Positions 18,081-30,251 of a stretch of 33,434 nt of DNA are shown here, piece by piece. The DNA is taken from the NCBI RefSeq assembly GCF_001194135.2, contig NC_068983.1:136867858-136901291 (forward strand). Reading direction: 5' to 3'. Each line of letters begins with the position of its first letter. The stretch's first letter is position 1. Under the pieces are notes generated by a model. That model made no database searches and was not told the origin of the DNA. It saw only the letters and a program-made list of their open reading frames with translations. The DNA comes from Octopus bimaculoides (Eukaryota). A program made the translations under genes and the position numbers.

Positions 18081-18399
18081 TAAAACATTTTATTTTATTA
18101 AGGTCAATGTGAAACATAATTCTTAACATTTACCATTGTAATTAAAAAAACGTCCTTACACTGCTTTTTAATCCTTAGAATATTTCAATATACAAGACTT
18201 TCATTTGGTCTTATAAATGCAGTAGCAAATTATCAACAGAAACCAAATTATCTCAGAATTATCTTAATGTTTAGATAATGTTATCTTAATGTTTAGATGA
18301 CAATATTTTATGCAGTAACTCTTTTCAAGTTCATGACAAAAATATAGAGACATTTCTGTCATAAGAAACTAATTTCAATATAACTTTTTCCCTTAACAA

Positions 18400-18880
18400 A
18401 ATACAAGTAAAACAGCAATTTCCTTGTTTATTGCATTCAAACTCACAAAATAACTTGCAAGACAAAGATCCCTCAAGAGAGAGCGGGGTATTGAAACAGG
18501 TGGCTTTGTGCCAGGTGATGAGAGGTTACAGTATGACATAGGAACAGAAACAGGTGTCTTGCCGAAGAAGAGATACATGGTTACCCCAGTCCAAGGGAAG
18601 GAGAAAGAGAGAGAGAGATAGTAACGTGCCAGGGTATACTCTCAAGGTGAATATAAGTGGAATGGTAGAGGATTGCACAGGGTGCATGAGTAGGGAGTTT
18701 GCAAAAGTGCAAAGAAGGGGAGAGAGAAGGGGAATGAAGTGAGTGGTGAAACCTGGATATACAGTGATAGCAGAGGCAACAGGATAGCAATGATACAGTT
18801 GGCAGGACAGGATTGAGATGCAGGAGTGGGGAGGGAGAAATAAGCATAGTGCATGAAGAAGAGAAGAGGAAGAGATGTAG
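18400..18880 (-). mobile_element. Penelope-like GIY-YIG remnant with flanking repeat
   Basis: Minus translation SCPANCIIAILLPLLSLYIQVS resembles TCxSxNxIYAIxCxxCxxLYIGET, followed by pyrimidine-rich sequence. Confidence 0.4.
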
Positions 18881-18919
18881 TTTGATTCATTGGAGTAAGT
18901 GAGGGTGGAATACAGTGTT

Positions 18920-19783
18920 TCCAGAACTCATTTTCACTGAGGTGGGTAGGTCTTCTTAAGAAACTCATACTGCTAGACAATGCTATTAGCATATCCCATG
19001 AGTTGAGAATATTCTATACAACAAGCTCGGCATAACAAAGCTTTCTTCTTGGTGGATGCCACATTTTCTGAAACCTGATCAAAGGGCACCAAGCTGATCA
19101 CATCGCAGGAAAATCTGACATTGTTTTATGCAGATCCAGCTGGCTTCCTTGAATGTTTCCTAACCTATGATGAGTGTTGGCTTCGACACTTTGAGCCAGA
19201 GACAATCCATGCAGTGGAAACACTCCTCCTTATCTGCTTCAAAGAAGACCGAAGTTGTTTCATATGCAGAAAAGGTGATTGCCTCAGTCTTTTGGGATGC
19301 AAAAGACATTGTGTTTGTTGACTCTCTTTAAAAGGCCACATCATCAATGAAGAGTACTATGCCAACTTGCTGAGGCAGTTATGAAAGGCTAGCAAAATCA
19401 AATGCCCAGGGAAACTGTTTCATCAGGACAATACTCCAACACACAAGTCCTTGATTTCAATGGTTGCTGTGCATGACTGTGGTTCTGAACTGGCTGATCA
19501 CCCTCCATTTTCTCTCAATTTGGTCCCATCTCACTATCATCTGTTGCTGGACATGAAAAAAAAATTGGCTGAGAACTAGTATCACAGTGATGATGGCATA
19601 TCTGCAGTTGATAACTTTTCTGACCAACAGGATGAAAGCTTCTTCATCAATGGGATCCAAGAACTGCAAGACTGATGGAAGTATGTGGACTGCAAGGGGA
19701 CTATGTTGAAAAATAAACCTCATTTGGTCACACTCCATGAAAGTATCTTGGTCAGCCTATAAACTTTTCAGCCAGCCCTCATA
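18920..19783 (+). mobile_element. mariner transposon relic (3' two-thirds, with right TIR)
   Basis: FLTYDECWLRHFEPET, QWKH, KVIASVFWDAK, EYYANLLRQL, FHQDNTPTHKS and HPPFSLNLVPS. Ends aacttttcagccagccctcata, which is TIR-like followed by TA. Confidence 0.85.
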
Positions 19784-20019
19784 CATATCATTTGCATTCA
19801 TAGCACTCATCTCACTACCATGGATTATAGCCGTTTATACATACACATCATATAATCTGCCTTCCACTGTGAGAGAGAGGCCTTTTGTTGCCAACAGAAG
19901 TAACACCTTTCTGTATTTCTTCCATCCTATTCTTATTCCAGCAACAATACTTTTAGAACATTCGCCACCACTGCTAATTTGGTTACATTCCATGAGAGTA
20001 TCTTGGTCAGCCTAGACTA

Positions 20020-21050
20020 CAATCTCAAGGAAGCCTCCTACGCATTTGAGAGTCTAATTCTTGTATGTCCTTAGTTCTTATTGTTCTTGCGCATCTGCCA
20101 CATATGAAAACAACTTTCTCTGTTAACCTACATGTGATTCAACTGCGCCTCTTATGTGTCCATAGTTTACATATTGAGCTGGACCATTTATCTGATGGGA
20201 CGAGAGTCTCATCCACTTTCTTACTAACAACCTTGATTTTTGCTAGATTAATTTTAAAGCCCTTTGATTCCAGGAATTCCTGGAATTTCTACTCCAATTC
20301 TGCTGAAAGAGTGAGGTCATCAATCATCAGCATATAGTAGTTCCCATGAGCAGCCAGTTTTAAATTCCTCTGTTATGCCAAGAGGACTATGAGTAAGAGG
20401 GGGCTGAGAACTGAGCCCTGGTGAACCCCTACTTGGATGCAAAATTTGTCACTGCACTCTCACCCTACTGACAGCACTGCCGTAATTGGCTTGCACAGCT
20501 CTAACAAGCCACTCATCATCTACTATCCTTAGAGTGCACCAGATAACAGACTCTGTCAAAAACTTTCTCCAGGTTGACAAAAGCCAGGCACAATGGTTTA
20601 CTTTGGGTCGGATATTTATTCTGCAGCTGTCTCACTAGGAAGATGACATCTGTAGCACTCTTCTCAAGCACAAAACCAAATTACATCTCATCTAGTTTAA
20701 ATCTATTCCAAACCAATTGGCTATAATTTGCCGTGTAACTTTCATGGCTTGGTCCAGCAGTTTGATATCTCTGTAGCTGTTTCTATCTAAGGCATTCCCT
20801 TTACTCTTGTAGCAGGTAACTATAATACTACAACACCAATCATTGGCAGTGACACCTTCCTGGATAACCTGATTAACAAGGCCATATCCTACTCTACAAG
20901 ATATTTTAAGCATCTCAGTGGTGACTCCTGATGGTCCAAGGGTTTTCTCTGTCTTCATATCCTTAATTGCCTTATCTATTATACTACTGTCAACTCTGAT
21001 TGCTGGTCCCTCAGTTGGGTCTGATATATTTGTGATTGATATATAAACAT
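20020..21050 (-). mobile_element. RTE-clade LINE RT fragment
   Basis: KAIKDMKTEKTLGPSGVTTEML..DWCCSIIVTCYKSKGNALDRNSYRDIKLLDQAMKV, then FGFV, RQLQ, AFVNLEK, VGVHQGSVLSPLL, WELLYAD and LESKGFKINLAK. Confidence 0.9.
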
Positions 21051-21202
21051 ACAATCTAATTTCAGACTGGTGTTATATTACTATTTACTATTGCTAATTT
21101 TACAATCTTAGTCTGTTGCTTTTCATAAAGGAGTGTGAATGTCTTGATTTTGTTTTCCGTTAGTAATATAACATATGAAGCCAGATGAACTCTTTAAATA
21201 AA

Positions 21203-21420
21203 ATCTTTTATCTTTTACTTTTTTCAGTCATTAGACTAAGGCCATGCTGGGACACCACCTTGAAGAATTTTAGATGAACGAATTGACCCCAGCACTTATT
21301 CTTTAAGCCTGGTTCTTATCCAAGCAAACACTTTTGTCAAACCACTAAATTACAGGGATGTAAACACACCAGCACTGGTTGTCAAGTGGTGGTGGTGGAC
21401 AGACAGAAAAAGACACACAC
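21203..21420 (-). mobile_element. SINE (3' portion)
   Basis: atcttttatcttttactt..tcagtcattagactaaggccatgctgggacaccacc...gtaaacacaccagcactggttgtcaag...(CA)n. Confidence 0.7.
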
Positions 21421-21929
21421 TGTTAGCCATTTTTTATCTATTAATATTGTTCTCCACATTCACATGTTAGAGTGGTCATCCACCAGCCCAGACTACCAAA
21501 TTATCTCTATGCATTAGGCATGTTTTATCTCTGTACTCCATTCCTACTGCCTACCCTAACACATCATCTCTCTCTCTCTTCTTCCTGTCAACAGCATCAT
21601 TACTACCATATTGCTAGTATATCTGTAGCACCCCACCCAACTTATGCACTCCCTCCCCTCAGTCCTATCATATGTTGCCTACCTCCTTCTCTCACTTCCC
21701 CATCTCTTTCCTGTTTTCTCCCCACCCATTTGTGCTCCTGCTACCTGAACACCTCATCACCACTATCTATCTCTTTGGAGATACCGCTAATTCATTCTCA
21801 TTTTGTCTCCTAAATGTGAGTAGCCATGTAGCACCTCTACAACACAAACTGCTCTGCACCAACCTCTTCCCTCATTCCTTAACCCCCTCTAGCACACAGA
21901 GGCAACATCCTCCCTCTCTGGGTTTGTTG

Positions 21930-22135
21930 ACTTGCAAACTACATGGTAATCTCAACAGTGCTGGTAGAACAAAAAAGCACCAGTACCTATTGTAAAGTGG
22001 TTGGCATTATGAACAGCATCTAACTATAGAAACTATGCCAAAGAGACACTGGAGTATGATGTCCTTGACTCACTGGATCTTTATCAAACTGTCCAACCCA
22101 CGCCAGCATGGAACATGGATGTTAAACAATAATAA
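21930..22135 (+). mobile_element. RTE-tail SINE
   Basis: aaagcaccagtacctattgtaaagtggttggcatt...aaactgtccaacccacgccagcatggaacatggatgttaaac. Same family as 870-1232. Confidence 0.65.
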
Positions 22136-22294
22136 TATATATGACAGGCTTCCTTTCAGTTTTCATCAACCAAATCCACTCACTAAGCTTTGGTTGGCCC
22201 AGGGTTATAGCAGAAGACACTTGCCCAAGGTGCCACATAGAGAGATTGAACCCAAAACAATGTGGCTGGAAAGCAAACTTCTTACCACACAGCC
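22136..22294 (-). mobile_element. tRNA-derived SINE (5' part)
   Basis: Minus strand ggctgtgtggtaagaagtttgctttcc...gggttcaatc...gtggcaccttgggcaagtgtcttctgctataacc: tRNA-like A/B boxes followed by a conserved core. Confidence 0.8.
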
Positions 22295-22864
22295 TGAGAA
22301 ATGTATTATGTGATGGGCAAGCTAATATTTTCCCTTACTTAAACTGGACATTGAGTTATAATAACATTTGATGAATAAAATCTTGAGACACAGATTCTAT
22401 TATCATTACTTTATATGATATTTGGTAACATAATTGAACTTTTAAAGCACATTTGAGCCTATGGAATGGAAGTCAGGGTCATGATATCATTAGGAATGTA
22501 GATGTTATATGGTTGACTGGACTTATTGTTAATGGTTAGTTTGGAGGAACTTTAATACACAACTAACTTCAAAACTATCCACTTTCTTCTCTTGGCCTCA
22601 GTGAGGCTTCTAAAAGCAGTTGCTCAATTCTAATGTTATGCTATTGACTAAACAAAAGCCAAATCCTTACTTAGACAGGATGCTTAGTCTATCACAGGTA
22701 ACATTCTCAGAAGATCTGATATCTAGATGTACTGAAACAGAATTGGGTTATTCAAATATACATTGAAATAGTTACAGAGGATTTGAACTCAAACACAATA
22801 TCATATCCATCAGACCAGTTTCCATTTACGTGACTAAAGGAGTGAATTGCCAGAGTCATTAGAG

Positions 22865-23225
22865 CAGTGTTTCTCATGATGAGGCACATACCTTGCAGGT
22901 GGAGTTGTGGAAACATTGGTTACTTCATATGCGGCATAAGTTACAAGTGAATAAAACTTGCAATAAAATTTTAATAAAAACTTCTATGGAATATGTGTGT
23001 ACATCATCATCATTTAACATCCATTTTCCATGCTGGCATAGAATTGGCCAGTTTGACAGGCCTTAGCAAGCCAGAAGATTGTCTGTTTTGGCATGCTTTT
23101 ACTGCTGGATACCCTTTTCAATGCCAACCACCTTACATATATATAATGTGGGGTACATGTTTTTGTTTTGTTTTTTTTACAAATATTGAAGTGAGGTGTG
23201 GCACCAAAAAGGTTGAGAAACACTG
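22865..23225. mobile_element. hAT-like MITE interrupted by a SINE
   Basis: Termini are CAGTGTTTCTCA ... TGAGAAACACTG. The flanks cattagag / tactacag fit only a decayed NNNTANNN 8-bp TSD. Confidence 0.45.
23002..23132 (-). mobile_element. RTE-tail SINE 3' fragment
   Basis: catcatcatcatttaacatccattttccatgctggcat...ctggatacccttttcaatgccaaccacc. Same family as 870-1232. Confidence 0.7.
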
Positions 23226-23231
23226 TACTAC

Positions 23232-23360
23232 AGCATCAGATAGAATGCTTTGCAATATTTGTTCTAGTTCTCTACACTCTGAGTTCAAATCCCACCTAAG
23301 CCAACTTTATCTCTCATCCTAACAGAGTTGATAAAATACTTATCAAACACTGGAGTCAAT
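23232..23360 (+). mobile_element. decayed tRNA-derived SINE (same family as the 12.3-13.2 kb array)
   Basis: atagaatgctt...ctctgagttcaaatccc...ctttatctctcatcct...gttgataaaata...ctggagtcaat. Confidence 0.6.
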
Positions 23361-24421
23361 TTCTCTCTCTCTCTCTCAAAACTGGCCATGTTGCACAAAG
23401 TCATGAGGGATCACTCATAATGTTCCTTTCTCTAAAAATAGAAAATGGGTGAAAGTTGGAAAATGGCCTAATTCCAGAGAAAGGATCAGTATTTATAAGC
23501 CAGTTATCAAGATATCACTGCCATTCCATTCGAAATCCATAACCCTACCATCCCATACCACCAACTATACATAAACATCATTAGTGCAAGCACTGTATAA
23601 CTGCACTACAAAACACACATCCTTCCACTAAAAAAACCTAAATCTTCTCAACAAATTCCATACCACTAAACCATGCCTAGGTCCTGACGTTCAGGGTATC
23701 ATTTTCTACAATAAAGATGGGATTGCTTTACCTAGAATGCAGATCAGATAGCAGAAGTTAAACTCTAAACAAAATAACAGATAATTTATATATGAATGCT
23801 TGCAACACTGGATCACTAAAGTAGTTGACTTTTTGTCTCGTTATTCCAAAAAGCCTTCTCAAAAAAAGAGATAAGTGGGGAGTTATTAAAAATTTGGAAC
23901 CCTACTGACACGAGTTTAAAAAACTATAACAGAGAAGGTAGTAACTCGTCTCAGTTCGTAGTTCTACATTTCAGCTAACTAGTTCTTGCCGATTAAATGT
24001 TCTGAAGAAGGCAATTCATAAAGGATAGACAAGAAAGGATAAAGTTAACACCATATTCATATCGTTAGTATGGCATGTGTTCTGGGGTGACAAAGAACAT
24101 AGTAGCAAAGGAGCCATTCTAAAGGTTTTTAAAAAGTAATAAAATTTGAACTGACAAATCAATGAAAACTCTACAGCGAAACCGTGTAAGTATGGCAGCA
24201 GCAAGGACCATATTTCTATAAAGAGAAATACTGCGGCACCTGGCCACCTGAAATTGTTTCTGTGGTCATGCTTCTCCTACGTTTTCCGAATATATCTCAC
24301 TAGTTTCAGTGAGCTGCAAAAGTCATAAGTATCGTCTTCTTCTGCTAGACGTTTTCCAAAGTATATACAAATTTTAAATAATATTTCAATTTTTATTTTC
24401 GAGTCTGGAGATTATATATAT

Positions 24422-24660
24422 NNNNNNNNNNNNNNNNNNNNNNNNNNNNNNNNNNNNNNNNNNNNNNNNNNNNNNNNNNNNNNNNNNNNNNNNNNNNNNN
24501 NNNNNNNNNNNNNNNNNNNNNNNNNNNNNNNNNNNNNNNNNNNNNNNNNNNNNNNNNNNNNNNNNNNNNNNNNNNNNNNNNNNNNNNNNNNNNNNNNNNN
24601 NNNNNNNNNNNNNNNNNNNNNNNNNNNNNNNNNNNNNNNNNNNNNNNNNNNNNNNNNNNN
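24422..24660. other. assembly gap (239 N) following an (AT)n tract
   Basis: Read directly from the sequence. Confidence 1.
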
Positions 24661-24749
24661 AAGTTATTTAGCTTTCTTCGATATAAATATAATTCTCAAA
24701 TTTATCATTGTCTTATTAGACATCAAACATTTGGTGATAGGATATATAT

Positions 24750-27700
24750 TTTGTACACTTGCCCCAAAAACAGAGTGCTTGTTCCTGGACGAATCACATT
24801 AAAATAGAGTCTAAATCACTGGCCTTGAAATATGTAACTAGAAGAGTCCCATGTTAGGTGAGCGGAGGGGAGTAATATTTAGGAGATTACTGGAAATAAA
24901 ATCGCAAATTACTTAGTACTCTCTCAAGAGTTTACAATCTGGAGGTTTACTGAAACTGTTTTCCGTTCACAACAGAATATCAACAAATATGGGATACTAA
25001 TAACAATGTGAGGTTTTCTAAAAGAATTTAGATTCTTATTGTTAAGTTTGGTATACCTCAAGTATATAATTATTAGTCACAAAAAATACGACCTTTAAAG
25101 TGAAAGGTAGAGTAGGTAAACACACAACTCTTAAAATCAGTGCAACAAATGGATAGTGTACATTAAAACTTCCCATCCTTTCTATTTTACTTCAATTTTC
25201 TTTTTTATTGTAGTGGAAAATAAAATTGAACGAGTCTGTCATTGTTTAATAATACTGAGAAAAAGGCAAAAGGATATGAAATCGAAGATCAGAAAACGAG
25301 AAAGAAAAAAAACAAGCGTGGCATTAGTTTCTGATGAATAAAAAAATAAATAAATATGAGACTTACGGTTTAAAAGAAAAGTCGAATAAAGTGTGCGGTC
25401 AGTGTGGTTGAGTAAGGTACTAAATCGTAGAGTAAAAATCATAAAGGTTCCTAGGAGAGTGAATGGAAAATGATGACGGGGAAGAGTGATAAACGTTTGG
25501 AGTAAAATGTCGCAACGGATCCACTAGGAGAGTTAAAATATCAACTTTGCGTAGGAAGTCGAAGGTACGGCAACCAGTCATAGCAATGGAGAACCCTGAA
25601 ACTAAGTTAAGGCTATCGGCATTTAAATTTTAAAAGGGGTAAATATCAGGAATACGCAGGTCCAGTAAAGTTAACTTATATCTGCACAGTTTGCCATAAA
25701 AGTGAAATTATACGGCGAAGAGAGCAGTAGAGTTTAATAAAGAGGATATAAATATAACTTGGTCACAGTTCTGTTTAGATTCACTTTCTTCCTCATTAGA
25801 AAACCACATCACTTGTAAAAGGGATTTATGTATTAACTACATTCCTCTTAATCGCATCTTCTACAAATTTAAGAAACAATTTCAGCAATCATCATTAATA
25901 CACAGCTTCTATCCAAGATGAAAAGAATGAAGTGGAACCGGGGTCAGTAACATGAAATGAGATAAGAGGCGAAAGCTGATGGGGGAAATGAGCCGGTGAT
26001 ATGACTGACATTGACCATTTAAATGGTTGTGGAGCCAGCATTGTCACTCATGGCGACTTCACATCTATCCAGTCGAGCAAAACTATGCAGAGCGATAGAA
26101 ATAAGAAAACCAACAATTGTTCTGGTTTTGCTCCAACCAAGAAGAGGCTGTATCAGTTTTCGTTAGCATCAAGCGACAGTGGTTGTCGCTCGTTCCCTCA
26201 CGTCGGATGAAGTTGTATGTGGGCGCGCCTCATTCAGGGCTGTTCCTTCTTTCCTCGCGCAACACCATTATCTTGCACTAGTTTCTTCTATTAAACATCA
26301 ATGTTATGACAGACATAAACGATTAATAGAAAGAGATGTCCGATTTTTTTTTTATGTTGATATAGTTGCTATTGTTGCTTTTTGATTTTAAAAAAATGAA
26401 ATTCGCATCGCCTACGGTTTGTATATGTGAATAACTAATAAAACTCGTTTAAATAAACGTAACATGATAGAAAAGGGCCGGTAAGAACAAGGAAAGAGAC
26501 ATGAATATTGTGTGTGTATGTGTGGGAGAGTCAGAAGTAAATGTTGACAGCATACATAAACTAAAAAGTTAGTGAATTGTAAAATAAAGCTACAGTAAAT
26601 AAGAAGAATCTGAAAAAGAAGAATATGAAACAAAAATTAGAGGAAGTACAGATTTATTCTTTTAACACTCAAGTAGGGTCTATGAAAGGTAATGACACCT
26701 TGTCAGAGCAGAGATTCCTAACGGAAGTTGGCTATGGGTTACCCACACAGTCGTCCTGGACGAGAGATGTATTGATGGGGTAGAAAAGTCGATCAGGTTA
26801 AAACTGATGAAAGGGAGTCGAGGAGAATAAGCAAACGTGAATAAAAAATTAGAAGTGAGAGATAGAATCGAACAGAAGTTTTGGAAGGGTAGAGAAAATG
26901 TAAGAGGAAAACAACATAACCACTCCCTACTGGTTTAGTTTGATTTAAGGAAAACAATAGAAAAGCTAAATAGAAATGATTTCGAGATGAAGAAGAATAT
27001 AAATTGATGATATTGAGATGGACCAAGCCTGTATATACATCCAATTGTACAAGAATGCACGTGATATCAAATCGAAGTTTTTATTGTTCTTTCTTTCCAT
27101 GCTTTTGATAAGTTTTGGAGAGCATAGATGCAGGAGTTTAGAAAGAAATAGAGCTTCCGATAGGAATGTAACCGTCTATATAGTGGCAAAGGAATGACGA
27201 GGCGCTACTGAAAATGAAGGAATTGGCATAGCAGCCTGTGTGAGCGAGGTGGACACATTGACGAGTACACCAGAGCCATTAAGTCGGGTAGCGGGTGTGA
27301 GAGTACGTTCACCTAATTTAGATCGAGCAATTAAAAGAAAATCACCACTGTTTAATTAGAATACTTATCAAAAATCTAACAAATGGTTGTTTGGAGATTT
27401 CGAAGTGAAAAATAAACGATCTTGTTCGAAATAAGAATAACAACTGAAAGTTAAGATGAAGTTCACTGGGAGAGGAATCAAAAAGTATACGTGTAAAATT
27501 AGTTTCTGGTTAAAATAAAAGCCAGTAATTTATACAATACAGATATGTTTATAATTCTAAATGGTGATGATTATGATTTTTGTCATTTCAAGTTTTATGA
27601 ACAAAATATGAACACATTTCTCCCAGTACGCTTTCCCAACCTGAGATCAGGGCATCCTATGGAAGAACAATCAAGTAGCAGCTGTCAAAGGTATTTACGG

Positions 27701-28700
27701 AAACCTACAGATATTTTACAAAGTATTGTAGAATTAAATAGACACCTAACGGAAGGTCTGAGAAGTTGACATGTTAGGCTTCACTGAAATTTCAAACATA
27801 CTTTGCGATTAATACGGGGAACAGGTGATCTGATCAAATAGGAGATTTTTACCAAAAGTAACAGAGCTTAACTCCTGTACTGATCAATGATCAATCAGTT
27901 TGATAGGAGACATGCTTCCACATTACTGAATGCCCGCTATGCATGCTTGACACCATTAACCGGAAAGAAAAGTGACAAGACAGAGATAGTTTCAAGGTAA
28001 AGGTGATGACGCCGACTTTTCTCTCGTTCGACCTGGACAGCTGGATTTACTTACGGACACATCAGTGGCACCTACTTTGAATCTCTTTTAAAATTTTGGT
28101 AGAGAGCTGATATAAGTCAATACTTACATGTTGCACACCCGCGTATTTCTGTGATTCATGGAACATTAATCGCAGTATCTCTTTACAAATAGATACAACT
28201 TTTTAACTCTATTCTTTCCTCTCGCTTCCGCCTTTGATAAGCGTCACTTCGACGCTGCTTGAGTTCTTGGTTCTTTCTTTCTTCTTTGCTACCTCCTCTG
28301 CTTAAATAATGCCACTCACTTGGCGAGTTCTAAGCGTGCCGAGAGGATAGCTATCTCGGATAACGAAGAGGCGACATACACATCCGATGACACAAAGGTA
28401 ATTTTCAGAAGTGGCGCTTTGTTCCGGGTCAGAGTCTGACCAGACACACGCCCGCAGAGTATCTACAAGCGGACACGGAGTCGTATTTTTTAATCAACAG
28501 AACCTAGATTTGGCTGACTGGTGGCTGCTCGATCCTCCTTGTTACTTGCGTCAGTAACTGAATGCTGGGAAGACACCATCCGGGCACCTGTCCTTGCCGG
28601 TACCCCTCTGATAATAAATGGGCAATGCATTTGGCATTCCCGAATTATTTTCCGTTTTTTGTTATTGCCTTCTCTTTAGATATCAATACTCGATTATTCA
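24750..28700 (-). mobile_element. ancient, heavily decayed I-group LINE (ORF1 remnant, APE endonuclease, RT)
   Basis: Colinear frameshifted motifs on the minus strand. EN: GSGVLVN (~27290), YIP (~27170), IDFS (~26790). RT: PS-FR-IS--C (like PSSFRPISLTSC, ~25960), CGF (~25810), PSGSV (like PQGSV, ~25520), LYDF (~25430), RVLSN (~24920). Possible Cys-rich ORF1 remnant at ~27650-27730 and a CpG-rich putative 5' region at 28300-28700. Boundaries are approximate. Confidence 0.45.
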
Positions 28701-29380
28701 TAGTAGTTTCTTCCCTCCACTACCACATAAAAATGCTTTGTCCGTTGTTGTGTGTATTATCTGATTTTTGGTACAGTCCCACCACGCATTGTGGACTGTA
28801 TCTGTAATCTAACTATATTTCCAACCTCCTGCCGTCAACAATATCTAAGTTCGATGGTATTTTGCTATATAATACAACTTATAAGCTAGTTTGATTTTAA
28901 AATACTTCATATAAGAGGTCCTTCTTGAGCAACTTGAGGGACACCTTAGATAAGCATCATAAGTATCTTTTGGCTAGCTTTGTGGAATAGATCCTATGAA
29001 AGATGGGTGGGAAGAAATGTCAAAGAAAAACCTCACTTCAAATAGGTTCTTCGCTCCACAAGAGATTCGGATATTTACGTAATGTTTGTGAACATGCGTA
29101 TACTTACAGCTACTAGAATTATAAGACCTCAATAGATAGTTAATCAGAAACATAGATGGTTTTTGTTTCGTGTTTTTGTTTTTTAATTATTATTAATTAT
29201 ATTTACAATACACTTTCTGGAACAGTTAGTTTCGCAGAAAGCATTTTATTCCTCGAATTACTTGTTTGCGGGAACTAAAATGGACTTCTGTCTACTTGAT
29301 CTCGCCAATATTTATACGTCATTTTTTTCAGCGAATAAAATTATCCTTCTAATAATATTTGTTTAAAATTGAAGATGCTC

Positions 29381-29598
29381 GTTGTTTAGTCACAGGTCAG
29401 CCTAGATTGAGACGACCTATGATCTAAGGCGTTCCAACCATGGCAAGCCCATCTTTTTGTCTGAGAGTATATCTCGGACCCCATTATTCAACGTATTTTT
29501 ACTTCTTAATAACGAGAGGTTTGGTTGCTATACTCGAGGGATTTTGATGGTTATTCTAGTGATATTTGGTTGCTATTTTAGCAGGTCAAGCGACCACC
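29381..29598 (-). mobile_element. (AAC)n-tail SINE family copy
   Basis: gttgtttagtcacaggtcagcc...gacctatgatctaaggcgttccaacc...gatatttggttgctattttagcagg is the reverse complement of the 4590-4796 family. Confidence 0.65.
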
Positions 29599-29814
29599 CA
29601 CATCTGTTTTGTCCTGTAAAGTGAAATTGGCCTTTTATGCATGAAAAAGCGTCGACAATAGTCAAATCAAACGAAGAAAAAATAACAGTAACACTTAATC
29701 CAGCGATAATTAAAAAGATATCTACAAATCCTGGAAGTTTTGTGTTTCGTCAATATCTACAGGCCATACCCAAACTGATCGACCTCTACATACTTGAAAA
29801 AATCGAGCCACTAT

Positions 29815-30005
29815 GTTGTTGTTCGGTCTGCTAGAAGTAGCAGCCAAATTCCTCTTAGATCATACCACAGTCTTAAAAAGGGGAAGACACATTAGATAAT
29901 GTAATTTTAATTTAAAAAAATAAACAGGTTGGTCACGGTTGGAATGTCTTTCATCGAACGTCTGATCAGGGTTTACCTAGGGCTAAATAACTACTACCAC
30001 CACTA
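29815..30005 (+). mobile_element. (AAC)n-tail SINE family copy
   Basis: gtctgctagaagtagcagccaaatt...gtcttaaaaaggggaagacacattagataatg...ggtcacggttggaatgtc...gggctaaataac. Confidence 0.7.
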
Positions 30006-30027
30006 CATATCTAATCAATGCCTACAG

Positions 30028-30251
30028 CAGTGGTTCTCAACAATGTGGATTGTGACGTCATTAGAGGGGGGTCACTGAATTTACTTCTGGATTGTAAATA
30101 GAAGCAAAATTTCGTTAATTCATGGTCGAAAATTTTTTAAAAATTTATTCAGTAATTGATGATATGTGTGGTCTTTTATTTTCTTATAATGCTATAATAA
30201 CTTTTGAGAAACCGAGAGAGGTTGTCATTGAGAAAAAGTTGGGAACCAATG
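30028..30251. mobile_element. hAT (Charlie-like) MITE
   Basis: TIRs CAGTGGTTCTCAAC ... GTTGGGAACCAATG. The flanks gcctacag / gcgtaaat match at 5/8 and share a central TA, as expected for a decayed 8-bp TSD. Confidence 0.6.

Noticed and set aside
22136-22294. tRNA gene (also considered for the heads of the array SINEs)
   Set aside because: A/B-box-like motifs are present, but they run into SINE core sequence and I could not build a full cloverleaf.
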